64,000 bases of DNA from Thermoleophilaceae bacterium (GTDB lineage Bacteria; Actinomycetota; Thermoleophilia; Solirubrobacterales; JACPNS01), in contig JAEMSX010000002.1 in assembly GCA_016462645.1 (NCBI GenBank), forward strand, positions 57,481 to 121,480, read 5' to 3'. This document shows positions 46,596 to 55,505 of the stretch, piece by piece. The first letter of the stretch is position 1; every line of letters starts with the position of its first letter. The position numbers were made by a program, and so were the translations under genes. The notes under the pieces were generated by a model, which was given only the letters and a program-made list of their open reading frames with translations, was not told where the DNA came from and did not search any database.

Positions 46596-47207
46596 GTGGG
46601 CCGCATGGAGCCCACCGAGGAAGATCTACAACTCTTCGCCCAGAAGCGCGACTGGTATGAGCGCAACGACAAGCCCGAGAACCGCGACCGCATCATGCGC
46701 GAGTTCGCCGCGCGGCGCTCATATGTTCATTTCCCGATCCACGGCGAGGTGATCGAGGGCTTCGACAGCGGTCGACTGGAGGTTGGGGAGAACACGCACC
46801 TCGAGCCGCACTGCTGGATCACCCTGAACCTCGACGCAGCGCACGTGAAGATCGGCTCCGGCTGCTTCCTGAACATCGGCACGATGATCGCCGCGCAGGA
46901 CGCGGTCACGATCGGAGACCACTGCATGTTCGGCAACGGCTTCTTCGTCGGCGATGCCGCGCACAACTACGACGACCCGAACACACCGATCACCACGCAG
47001 GGCTTCACGAGCAAGGGCCCGGTGACGATCGGCGACAACTGCTGGTTCGGCGTCAACTGCGCGGTGCTGCCCGGCGTGACCGTGGGCAACCGCGTCGTCG
47101 TCGGGTCAAACAGCGTCGTGACTCACGACCTGCCCGACGGCGTCATCGCCGCCGGGGCTCCCGCGAAGGTCATCCGCGAGATCGACTTCAGGTCATCAGC
47201 GGATTGA
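46596..47207 (+). CDS. Hexapeptide-repeat O-acetyltransferase (maltose/galactoside acetyltransferase-like)
   Basis: 203 aa. IGSGCFLNIGTMI, IGDHCMFGNG, IGDNCWFGVNCAVLPGVTVGNRVVVGSNSVV. Confidence 0.8.
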   Translation: MGRMEPTEEDLQLFAQKRDWYERNDKPENRDRIMREFAARRSYVHFPIHGEVIEGFDSGRLEVGENTHLEPHCWITLNLDAAHVKIGSGCFLNIGTMIAAQDAVTIGDHCMFGNGFFVGDAAHNYDDPNTPITTQGFTSKGPVTIGDNCWFGVNCAVLPGVTVGNRVVVGSNSVVTHDLPDGVIAAGAPAKVIREIDFRSSAD

Positions 47208-47816
47208 GAGATCGCGCAAAGCGATCGCGACAGCGTGGGCACGCGTTGAGGCATCGAGCTTGCGCATCGCGTTCTTGACGTGCGTGCGCACGGTGTGAGC
47301 ACTGAGAGAAAGCTTCTCCGCCACCTCGTCGGTGGAGTAGCCATCCGACAACAGTCCGAGGATCTCGCGCTCGCGGCGTGAGAGCTGTGGCTGCTCAGAG
47401 GCAATCATTTCGTCGATCTGCTGATCGCTCATCGGCTCGGGCAGCCAGCGGCGTCCGCCGGCGACGGTGCGGATGCCCTCGATCAGCGCATCGGTGTCGT
47501 CGTCCTTGATCGCGAAGCCGAGTGCGCCGGCGCTCATCGCGCGGGCGACCAGGCGATCGTCGTGATAGTCGCCCCAGGCGATCACGTTGAAGCGTTTGCG
47601 ACTGAGGTCGCGAATCAGATCGATTGCGTCAGCACCTTCGGGGCGCAGGTCCACGACGACCACATCGGGCCGTTCGGCCGCGATCAAATCCCTTGATCCA
47701 TCGTTCGCCACCGTGTCGGCGACGACGTGGATGTTGTGCGGTTCCAATACGTAGCGCAAGCCACTACGCAGGACCGCATGGTCATCGATGACCACAACCC
47801 TGGTCTCGGCGCTCAT
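47196..47816 (-). CDS. NarL/FixJ (LuxR-type HTH) response regulator, no kinase gene nearby
   Basis: 206 aa. Receiver VVVIDDH...DVVVVDL (acceptor Asp)...IKDD. C-terminal LSRREREILGLLSDGYSTDEVAEKLSLSAHTVRTHVKNAMRKL. Confidence 0.9.
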   Translation of the reverse strand: MSAETRVVVIDDHAVLRSGLRYVLEPHNIHVVADTVANDGSRDLIAAERPDVVVVDLRPEGADAIDLIRDLSRKRFNVIAWGDYHDDRLVARAMSAGALGFAIKDDDTDALIEGIRTVAGGRRWLPEPMSDQQIDEMIASEQPQLSRREREILGLLSDGYSTDEVAEKLSLSAHTVRTHVKNAMRKLDASTRAHAVAIALRDLSIR

Positions 47817-48056
47817 TCTTCTATGGATTCCTTTCGCTCCGACATCGTCAGGCGCTGGGCGGAACCTCCTTCAACTGTGAAGGTTTCCGAGTCGCGATCT
47901 GGCGAGCCGTTTCAAGCTCAGTTTGAGCTGCTTCCCGAGCGGGGCCACTCGGTAACACCCGCCGGTCCACCAAGGCCGACGGTGAACGCAATATACATCA
48001 ACAATCGGCGGGTGACCAGTGAGTCAGTTGGCCGCTCGGCCAGTTTCGATGCGCGT

Positions 48057-49013
48057 TCAGCCGAGTTTGCCGGCGGCTGGCGCGACGGGAAGCGACTCGG
48101 CCCAATTTTGGAGTTCGTGAGCCTCATCCGGCGACATCCCGTACCCGTGTTCAGGCGCCGGATATGAACGTTCGCGTACATCATACGCATATGCGCTGAC
48201 GCCACGAACCATCTCCTCGCGCACCTGCGCGTACTGGCGCACGAACTTGGCCGGACGACCGTTCCAGATGCCGAGCAGGTCGTGGTAGACCAGGACCTGT
48301 CCGTCGGCCGCCGGTCCGGCGCCGATTCCGATCGCGGGAATCTCGAGGTGCGGCATCAGGGCTTCAGTCAGTTCCGAGGGGACTGCCTCGAGCACGACGG
48401 CGAAGCAGCCGGCTTCCTGCAGCTGCAACGCCTCTTCGATCACTTCCCGGCCGCGCGCGGCGGTGCGTCCCTGAGCGCGGAAGCCGCCGAGCTGCACTGC
48501 GCTCTGCGGGGTCAGGCCGACGTGGCCCATGACCGGGATGCCGGCGTCGACGATCGCCTTGGCGCGGTCGGCGGACGCGCCGCCACGCTCGAGCTTGACC
48601 GCGTCGCAGCCCGCCTCTTTGATGAAGCGCTGGGCGTTCGCGATCGCCTGCTCGTTCGATGCCTCGTAGCTGCCGAATGGCATGTCGCCGATCAGCAGGG
48701 GGGTCTTCAGCCCGCGGCGGACCGCAGCCGAGAGCATCACCATCTCATCCATCGAAACCGGGGTGGTGTTGGGGTAGCCGAGCACGACCATCGCCGCCGA
48801 GTCGCCGACGAGCACGAGGTCCACGCCCGATTCGTCCACCACCGTGGCCGAGGGGTAGTCGTAGGCCGTGACCATGACGATCGGCTCGCCGAGCGCCTTC
48901 TTCTCGAACAGCCGCGTGATCGACATCGGGCTGACGGACTGACTGTTGGGCTTGTTGCTGGTCGGGCTGCTCTGCTGGGGCTGGTGCGGGGCGGGCTGCG
49001 GATAAGTGCTCAT
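48057..49013 (-). CDS. panB: 3-methyl-2-oxobutanoate hydroxymethyltransferase
   Basis: IVMVTAYDYPSA, LVGDSAAMV. Start placed at ATG 49013, preceded by AGGAGA. This gives a ~44-aa Pro/Gln-rich N-terminal extension. An internal ATG at 48926 (MSITRLFEKK) is the canonical-length alternative. Confidence 0.9.
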   Translation of the reverse strand: MSTYPQPAPHQPQQSSPTSNKPNSQSVSPMSITRLFEKKALGEPIVMVTAYDYPSATVVDESGVDLVLVGDSAAMVVLGYPNTTPVSMDEMVMLSAAVRRGLKTPLLIGDMPFGSYEASNEQAIANAQRFIKEAGCDAVKLERGGASADRAKAIVDAGIPVMGHVGLTPQSAVQLGGFRAQGRTAARGREVIEEALQLQEAGCFAVVLEAVPSELTEALMPHLEIPAIGIGAGPAADGQVLVYHDLLGIWNGRPAKFVRQYAQVREEMVRGVSAYAYDVRERSYPAPEHGYGMSPDEAHELQNWAESLPVAPAAGKLG

Positions 49014-49058
49014 GGTGATCTCCTGGTCTGGGGTACCTGGCAATGCGCGAAGCGCCAA

Positions 49059-49475
49059 TTACACCGCGCGCTCGCGGGGGTCCTGAACGACGGAGCTGCC
49101 AAGCAGCTTCGCCACTTCGTTGTCGACTGAAACGCGGCGGTTGTCCTCGTCGACGTGGACCACGACGGGCTCGTAGTCCTCAAGCTCGGCCTCGCTGTAC
49201 TCGGCGTAGCTCACGACGATGACCTTGTCGCCCTTGGCGACGAGGCGCGCTGCGGCGCCGTTGACCTGCACCATGCCGCTGCCACGGGCACCGGCGATCG
49301 TGTACGTCTCAAAACGCTGCCCGTTGTCGATGTCGAGCACGTGGACGAGCTCGTTCTCGAGGATGTCGGACTGTTCAAGCAGATCCACGTCGATCGTGAT
49401 CGAACCGACGTAGTGAAGGTCACAGTCGGTAACCGTGGCGCGGTGGATCTTGCTCTTGAGCATCTTGCGTTGCAT
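49059..49475 (-). CDS. panD: Aspartate 1-decarboxylase
   Basis: 138 aa. [25 protein letters not shown] (Gly-Ser self-cleavage site). Confidence 0.95.
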   Translation of the reverse strand: MQRKMLKSKIHRATVTDCDLHYVGSITIDVDLLEQSDILENELVHVLDIDNGQRFETYTIAGARGSGMVQVNGAAARLVAKGDKVIVVSYAEYSEAELEDYEPVVVHVDEDNRRVSVDNEVAKLLGSSVVQDPRERAV

Positions 49476-49492
49476 CGCTTGTGGTCTCCTGA

Positions 49493-50407
49493 TCAGCCCT
49501 GCAGGTGTGCGGCCTGAGGCGTGGGGTTTGGGTTTGTGGGTGTGGTCACGGCAGTTGCGTGCGGTTCGAGCAGAAAGTTGTCAATCAGGCGGGTTTTGCC
49601 GACGCGGGCTGCAGTGACGGCAAGCACCGGACGCTCGATCGTGCTGACGGGCTCGAGTGTGTCGGGGTCGACGATCTCGAAGTACTCGACCGAGTCGGTG
49701 ACTGAGAGCTCGTCGCGCGCGATGGCGCTGAGTGTTGCCACGTCGCGCTGACCGTCCGAGAGCGCGCCGGCAACCGAGCGCAGCGCCTTCGAAAGCGCAA
49801 GCGCGCGCGGACGCTCCTCGGCGGTGAGGTAGGCATTGCGCGAGCTGAGCGCGAGTCCGTCGGCCTCGCGCACCGTCGGGCAGGCGATCACCTTGGTGCG
49901 GAAGTTGAGGTCCGTCGCCATGCGTCGGATCACGGCGACCTGCTGGGCGTCCTTCTGGCCGAAGTAAGCGCGATCGGCCTGGACCATGTTGAAGAGCTTG
50001 GCCACGACGGTGGTGACGCCGTCAAAGTGCTCGTGTCCGCGGCGCTCGGGGGCTCCGCAGAGCGTTTCGGTGATGCCGACGACGGAGACAGTGGTGGAGT
50101 ATCCGTCGGGGTAGATCTCGTGGACCGGCGGGGCGAAGACAATGTCGGCGCCGCGTTCGCTGGCGAGCGCGATGTCGTCCTGCAGCTGGCGCGGGTAGGC
50201 CTCGAGGTCTTCGCCGGGCCGGAACTGCGTCGGGTTGACGAAGATCGTCACGACGGTGACGCCGTTCTCGGCGACGCTGCGGTCGACGAGCGAGAGGTGG
50301 CCTTCGTGCAGCGCGCCCATCGTGGGAACAAGGCCGATGCTTCGACCGGACAGCCGCGCGGCGTCGAGCTCGAGGCGCAAATCATCCAGCGTCGTCAGCG
50401 TGCGCAT
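49493..50407 (-). CDS. panC: Pantoate--beta-alanine ligase
   Basis: 304 aa. [30 protein letters not shown] before the ATG. Confidence 0.95.
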   Translation of the reverse strand: MRTLTTLDDLRLELDAARLSGRSIGLVPTMGALHEGHLSLVDRSVAENGVTVVTIFVNPTQFRPGEDLEAYPRQLQDDIALASERGADIVFAPPVHEIYPDGYSTTVSVVGITETLCGAPERRGHEHFDGVTTVVAKLFNMVQADRAYFGQKDAQQVAVIRRMATDLNFRTKVIACPTVREADGLALSSRNAYLTAEERPRALALSKALRSVAGALSDGQRDVATLSAIARDELSVTDSVEYFEIVDPDTLEPVSTIERPVLAVTAARVGKTRLIDNFLLEPHATAVTTPTNPNPTPQAAHLQG

Positions 50408-50629
50408 GACGTCTCCTGTGAGAACGGTTGGGTGTGATTCGGTGTCATCTTCGTTCCAGTTCTTGCGATACCGGACGAATTACATGCCGCATTCACCTGC
50501 GGCCGGTGTGGGTCGATCTGAGTCCGTCCCCTGTGGGTGACGGCTACTGCTGGAAATTGTACTGCGATCGACAGATGGGGGCAAGCACAAAATTGCTGAT
50601 CTGCGCGGATCTGCGCGCTAGGTACATTC

Positions 50630-51085
50630 GTGGCAATGAGTCCCGCCGCGATGACCGAAACATTCAGCACCTCGTCGCCCGATGAAACCGCTGCTATTGC
50701 CGCAAACTTTGCCGAGCGACTGACGCCCGGTGACGTTGTCGTGCTGCGCGGCGAGCTCGGGAGCGGCAAGACGGTGTTCGTGCGCGGGGCCGCAGGCGCG
50801 CTCGGCTTCAGGGGTCGCGTGACGAGCCCGACCTTCGCGATCGGCAACGTCTACTCGGGCGATTCGGCCGAGATCGCGCACCTCGATCTCTACCGCCTGG
50901 CCGAGATTGACGTGGCCGACGAAGCCGTGCTGGACGACTTCCTCACGCCCGAACGGATCGCCTTCGTCGAGTGGCCCCACGATGAACTCGCCAATGCCGA
51001 GCGCCTCCGCGCTGTCGTCGCGTTGGAGCACGCCGGCGAGGATCAGCGGGCGATCGAGATCAACTGGATCGGCGAGCGCGCATGA
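50630..51085 (+). CDS. tsaE: tRNA t6A37 biosynthesis ATPase TsaE
   Basis: 151 aa. P-loop GELGSGKTVFVRG, HLDLYRL. An ATG at 50636 is an alternative start. Confidence 0.88.
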   Translation: MAMSPAAMTETFSTSSPDETAAIAANFAERLTPGDVVVLRGELGSGKTVFVRGAAGALGFRGRVTSPTFAIGNVYSGDSAEIAHLDLYRLAEIDVADEAVLDDFLTPERIAFVEWPHDELANAERLRAVVALEHAGEDQRAIEINWIGERA

Positions 51086-51744
51086 TCGAGCTGGCCTTCG
51101 ACACCGCGACCGCGGCTTGTTCCGTTGCGCTCCGAAACGCCGACGGCGAACTTTTCGAGTTGCTCCCGGCATCAACGCGCCTGACCGAGAAGCCTGCCCA
51201 CACCACCGAGCTGCTGCCGGCGATCCTCGAGGTCGCGGAACGCGCGGGCGTCGAGCTCGGTCAGGTGGGACGCGTGGCGGTCGGAGTCGGCCCGGGGGCG
51301 TTCACCGGGCTGCGCATCGGCGTCTCCACGGCACGCGCGATCGCCACCGGCAACGGGATCGGCCTTGTGCCGGTTTCGTCGCTTGCGGCGCTGGGCACAG
51401 GTGGCGAGACTCCGGTGATTGACGCGCGGCGCAACGAGTTCTACTTCCGCATCGACGGCGAGGACCGCCTTGCCGGACCCGAGCAAACTGTCACGGAGAT
51501 CGCGGCGGTGGGCGCTCCGGCGATCGGCGACGGCGCGATCAAGCTGCGCGAGGCCTTGACCGTTCAGGGCGTTTCGGTTCCGGCCGACGACGACCAGCTC
51601 CACGTAGTGAGCGCCGCCGCGCTGCTCGATCTTGCCCGCGAGATTGAGCCGCTCGCGCCGGACGATGTCGTGCCCAACTACATCCGACCGCCGGACGCCA
51701 AGGTGAGCTCCCGCGAAAGCTGGCTTGTGGGGGCGACCCGATGA
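51082..51744 (+). CDS. tsaB: tRNA t6A37 biosynthesis protein TsaB
   Basis: 220 aa. LAFDTATAACSVAL, GVGPGAFTGLRIG. Overlaps the tsaE stop. Confidence 0.88.
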   Translation: MIELAFDTATAACSVALRNADGELFELLPASTRLTEKPAHTTELLPAILEVAERAGVELGQVGRVAVGVGPGAFTGLRIGVSTARAIATGNGIGLVPVSSLAALGTGGETPVIDARRNEFYFRIDGEDRLAGPEQTVTEIAAVGAPAIGDGAIKLREALTVQGVSVPADDDQLHVVSAAALLDLAREIEPLAPDDVVPNYIRPPDAKVSSRESWLVGATR

Positions 51745-52253
51745 GCGCGCACCCCGAGCGGCACTTCACGGTGCGGCGCATGGACATGCAGGACATCGCC
51801 GACGCGCTGAAGATCGAACACCAGTCGTTTCCGACGCCGTGGTCATCGGCGATGTTCGTGCTTGAGCTCTCGAAGGCCGGAAGCATCTGTCTTGCAGCCT
51901 GCGAGGACGATGTCCTGATCGGCTATTTGATCGCCGCGCGGTACGCGCAGGTCTGGCACATCATGAATGTCTCGGTTGACCCGGCGAACCGGCGCGGAGG
52001 GGTGGGGAGCGCGATGATCCACGAGCTGTTCCGCATTGCTGACGGCGAGCGCACGCACTACACACTCGAGGTCCGCACGTCCAACGACGGCGCGATTCGC
52101 ATGTACGAGGCGTGCGGCTTCCGCGAGGCCGGCGTCCGCCCCGGCTACTACGCCGACAACAAGGAGGACGCGTTGATCATGTGGCGCAGCACCGACGAGG
52201 ACTTCGTGCCGCCCAATGCGTCCAATCCGACTGAGTGGAAGGGGCACCGATGA
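51741..52253 (+). CDS. rimI: Ribosomal-protein-alanine N-acetyltransferase (GNAT)
   Basis: 170 aa. VDPANRRGGVGSAMIHEL, sited between tsaB and tsaD. Confidence 0.85.
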   Translation: MSAHPERHFTVRRMDMQDIADALKIEHQSFPTPWSSAMFVLELSKAGSICLAACEDDVLIGYLIAARYAQVWHIMNVSVDPANRRGGVGSAMIHELFRIADGERTHYTLEVRTSNDGAIRMYEACGFREAGVRPGYYADNKEDALIMWRSTDEDFVPPNASNPTEWKGHR

Positions 52254-53236
52254 TCCTCGCGATTGAGACTTCCTGCGACGACACCTGCGCCGCGGTCGTC
52301 ACCAGCAGTGGCGAAGTGCGTTCGAACCTGATCGCATCGCAGATGGATCACGACCGCTTCGGGGGAGTCGTACCCGAGGTCGCGTCGCGCCGACACCTCG
52401 AGCTGCTCGACGACGTCGTCGCGGCCGCGCTCGCCGACGCCGGCGCGAGCCTCGACGAACTCGACGCGATCGCGGTGACGCGCGGACCGGGCCTGATCGG
52501 GGCTCTGCTCGTGGGCTTTTCCTATGCGAAGTCTCTGGCCGCGGCGGCGGGAAAGCCGCTGATCCCCGTCGATCACCTTCAGGGGCACGTCTCCGCGAAT
52601 TTCCTCGAACCCGAGCCCTTCGAGCCGCCGTTCTTGTGTCTCGTGGCCAGCGGCGGACACACGTTTCTCGCAAAAGTGACCGAGCGCGAGGGCTATGAGG
52701 TGCTCGGCTCGACCGTCGACGACGCGGCGGGGGAGGCCTTCGACAAGGGCGCGCGACTGCTTGGACTCGGCTACCCCGGCGGCGCCGCGCTCGACGCGCT
52801 GGCAAAGCAGGGCGATTCGACGGCCTACGACTTTCCGCGCAGCTACCCCGGGGAGCTCGACTTCTCGTTCAGCGGGATCAAGACCTCGCTGCTCTACAAG
52901 CTGAAGGCGCTGCCCGAGGGCGAGTTCGAGGACGTCAAGGCCGATCTCGCCGCGAGCTACCAGGCGGCAGTCGTGGAGATGCTCGTTGAGCGGGTCAAAA
53001 AGGCGATCGCGATCACCGGCGTCGATCGCGTCGCGATCGGCGGCGGGGTGGCGGCAAACTCCCAGCTGCGCGACCAGATCCGGGAAGCCGCCGGTGAGGT
53101 GAAGGTGCCGCCGCGCGAGTTCTGCACCGACAACGCGGCGATGATCGCCGCGGCCGCGCTCGGTTCGACCACCGGCCCGCTGGATGACTTCGCGGCGCTC
53201 GACGCCTACCCGTCGGGCCAGCCCGCGCCAGCCTGA
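52250..53236 (+). CDS. tsaD: tRNA N6-adenosine threonylcarbamoyltransferase TsaD
   Basis: MILAIETSCDDTCAAVV, VASGGHT, GGVAAN. ATGA overlap with rimI. Confidence 0.95.
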   Translation: MILAIETSCDDTCAAVVTSSGEVRSNLIASQMDHDRFGGVVPEVASRRHLELLDDVVAAALADAGASLDELDAIAVTRGPGLIGALLVGFSYAKSLAAAAGKPLIPVDHLQGHVSANFLEPEPFEPPFLCLVASGGHTFLAKVTEREGYEVLGSTVDDAAGEAFDKGARLLGLGYPGGAALDALAKQGDSTAYDFPRSYPGELDFSFSGIKTSLLYKLKALPEGEFEDVKADLAASYQAAVVEMLVERVKKAIAITGVDRVAIGGGVAANSQLRDQIREAAGEVKVPPREFCTDNAAMIAAAALGSTTGPLDDFAALDAYPSGQPAPA

Positions 53237-53490
53237 TGCCCGCCCACATCAAGATCTACGGAAGGCCTGACTGCCATCTCTGCGACGAGGCCGAGCAGCG
53301 CATCGCCGATGAGGCCGGCGGCAGCGGCGCGCAGATCGAAGTCGTCAATATCGAGCACGACGACGAGCTGCACAAGGAGCTGCTCGAGCTCATCCCGGTG
53401 ATCGAACTCAACGGCGAGCGCATTTCAAAGCTGATCGAGTTCCGCGGCGATCGCTTCCTGGAGGCCTTGCGCGAGGGCTTGATCAATTAG
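53236..53490 (+). CDS. Glutaredoxin-like small thioredoxin-fold protein (DUF836-like)
   Basis: 84 aa. KIYGRPDCHLCDEA (CxxC). Start overlaps the tsaD stop. Confidence 0.75.
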   Translation: MPAHIKIYGRPDCHLCDEAEQRIADEAGGSGAQIEVVNIEHDDELHKELLELIPVIELNGERISKLIEFRGDRFLEALREGLIN

Positions 53491-53498
53491 TTACTAAG

Positions 53499-54191
53499 GT
53501 GCCCCGCGGTCACCCCATGCCTTCCTCCCCGCAGAAAAGATCATCCACCGGCCCGACCGCCTCAGGAATCGACGGCGAGCGCCTCTCGCTCGGCGTGGCG
53601 GCACGGCTCTCGCGTTACCTCCAGGTGCTCACGCAGGCCAAGAAGATGGAGAAGGACAAGATCAGCTCGCAGGAGCTTGCGCGGTTCACCCATGTGAACC
53701 CGACCCAGATCCGCCGCGACCTCTCGGGTTTCGGCAAGTTCGGCAAGCGCGGGGTGGGGTACAACGTTGATTTTCTGATCGAGCAGATTCGCGCGATCCT
53801 GCACACCGCCGCGAAGTACAACATCGCGCTTTTCGGTGCCGGCCACCTCGGCAAGGCGATCGCGGGTTCTGAAGTCTTCGCCGACCATGGTTTTGAGATC
53901 AAGGCCGTCTTCGACAACGACGCCAAGAAGGTGGGAACGCTCTGCGGCAATGTCGAGGTTCAGCCCGCGGCGGAACTGCGTCAGACAGTGATCGACGAGG
54001 ACATCGTCGTCGGCGTGATCGCGGTGCCCGCCGCCGCGGCCCAGCCGGTCGCAGACGAACTGGTCGCAGCAGGCGTGACGATCATCTTCAACTACACCGA
54101 CCGCCTGCTCGAGGTCCCGCAGGAGGTCACCGTGCACACCTCCAGTCCGGCAGTCGACCTGCTCTACGCGCTCTACTTCTATCTGGCCTAG
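53499..54191 (+). CDS. rex: Redox-sensing transcriptional repressor Rex
   Basis: RLSRYLQVL, ISSQELA..NPTQIRRDLSGFGKFGKRGVGY. Rossmann IALFGAGHLGKAI. The start is GTG 53499 or ATG 53515. Confidence 0.92.
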   Translation: MPRGHPMPSSPQKRSSTGPTASGIDGERLSLGVAARLSRYLQVLTQAKKMEKDKISSQELARFTHVNPTQIRRDLSGFGKFGKRGVGYNVDFLIEQIRAILHTAAKYNIALFGAGHLGKAIAGSEVFADHGFEIKAVFDNDAKKVGTLCGNVEVQPAAELRQTVIDEDIVVGVIAVPAAAAQPVADELVAAGVTIIFNYTDRLLEVPQEVTVHTSSPAVDLLYALYFYLA

Positions 54192-54205
54192 CCATAATTC
54201 CCCGC

Positions 54206-55381
54206 ATGTCGCTGGACCTCATCAAAGCGCGGGAAATCTTCGAGGAGTCGACTGACTTCACCGTCGGACTGGAAGAGGAATTCCAGATCCTCGACCCGGA
54301 GAGCCTCGAGCTGACCCAGCGATACGAAGAGCTGCAGGCCGCCGCCATGGAGGATGCCGAACTCGGTGCATCGGTTGCGGGCGAACTGATCTCGTCGGAG
54401 ATCGAGATCCGCTCGGGCCGTGCCGAGAACTTCCCCCACGCGGTCGCGCTGCAGGAATCGTTCCGCGAGAAGCTCTTTGCGACCGCCGAGCGCCAGGGCG
54501 TGAAGCTCGGGTCGATCGGAGCGCACCCGTTCAGCCGCTGGCAGGACCAGAAGATCATCGATACCGAGCACTACCGCCTGGTGGAGGACGGACTGAAGTA
54601 CGTCGCCTGGCGCAACAACACCTTCAGCCTGCACGTGCACGTCGGGGTCCGCGGCGCTGATCGCGCGATCGGCGTCTGCGACCGCGTGCGCGAGATACTG
54701 CCCGAACTGCTCGCGATCTCGGCCTCATCGCCGTTTGTCGACGACAGGGACAGCGGGCTTGCGACTGCGCGCACGCAGTTGTTCACGCGGATGTTCCCGC
54801 GCTGCGGTATCCCCGAGCCATTCAACGACTGGAACGGCTACGCCGGCTTTGTCGAGTTCTTGAAGGACGTCAACTCGGTGGTCGAGTCGACGCAGCTGTG
54901 GTGGTCGGTGCGCCCGCATCACAGCTACGGCACGGTCGAGGTGCGCATCTGCGACGCGCAACCGACCGCCGAGTCCTCGACGGCGCTCGCCGGCCTGATC
55001 ACCGCCTGCGTCGCACAGGCCGCGCGCGACTACGACGAGGGCAGGCCGTTCACGCCGCGTCTCGGGCGTGAAATCGAAGAGAATTTCTGGCGCGCGATCC
55101 GCTTCGGACTAGATGGAAAGCTGATCGATTTCAGCGCTCGCGCCGAGTACCCGGCGGCAGCGGCGGCTGACCGCCTGCTTGAGTGGACGGCGCCGGTTCG
55201 CGCCGAACTCGGCATCGAACCGCAGCTCGCCGAGCGCAACGCGGCGCAGACGCTGCGCGATCAGCTGGTCTCCGGACGGGACCTGCGCGAGCTGTTTGCC
55301 GCGACGGTGGAGCAGACTCACGCGAGTTACGGCCGCACTGGAGCGCCCGAAGTACCGCATTTCGGCCGCTCGGCTGGATAG
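54206..55381 (+). CDS. Carboxylate-amine ligase, glutamate-cysteine ligase family 2 (YbdK-like)
   Basis: 391 aa. VGLEEEFQILD, SLHVHVGV, WWSVRPH..GTVEVRICD. Confidence 0.88.
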   Translation: MSLDLIKAREIFEESTDFTVGLEEEFQILDPESLELTQRYEELQAAAMEDAELGASVAGELISSEIEIRSGRAENFPHAVALQESFREKLFATAERQGVKLGSIGAHPFSRWQDQKIIDTEHYRLVEDGLKYVAWRNNTFSLHVHVGVRGADRAIGVCDRVREILPELLAISASSPFVDDRDSGLATARTQLFTRMFPRCGIPEPFNDWNGYAGFVEFLKDVNSVVESTQLWWSVRPHHSYGTVEVRICDAQPTAESSTALAGLITACVAQAARDYDEGRPFTPRLGREIEENFWRAIRFGLDGKLIDFSARAEYPAAAAADRLLEWTAPVRAELGIEPQLAERNAAQTLRDQLVSGRDLRELFAATVEQTHASYGRTGAPEVPHFGRSAG

Positions 55382-55505
55382 ACTCGCGCACGCTTCCCGG
55401 GGAAAGAAGCGCTCTGGCGCAGAAGCGATGGTCAAACTCGCCTAGTTGATCTCAGCCGGATCGCCCCGAACGGGAGCTCCATTTCCACCTGATCCGTTAT
55501 GAAAG

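Noticed and set aside
47727-48205. ORFs 47727..48167 (+) and 47918..48205 (-) in the panB / response-regulator spacer
   Set aside because: Both overlap the ends of well-supported genes. They have no SD or homology-like motifs, and their composition is Arg/Ser-rich. They are treated as non-coding spacer.
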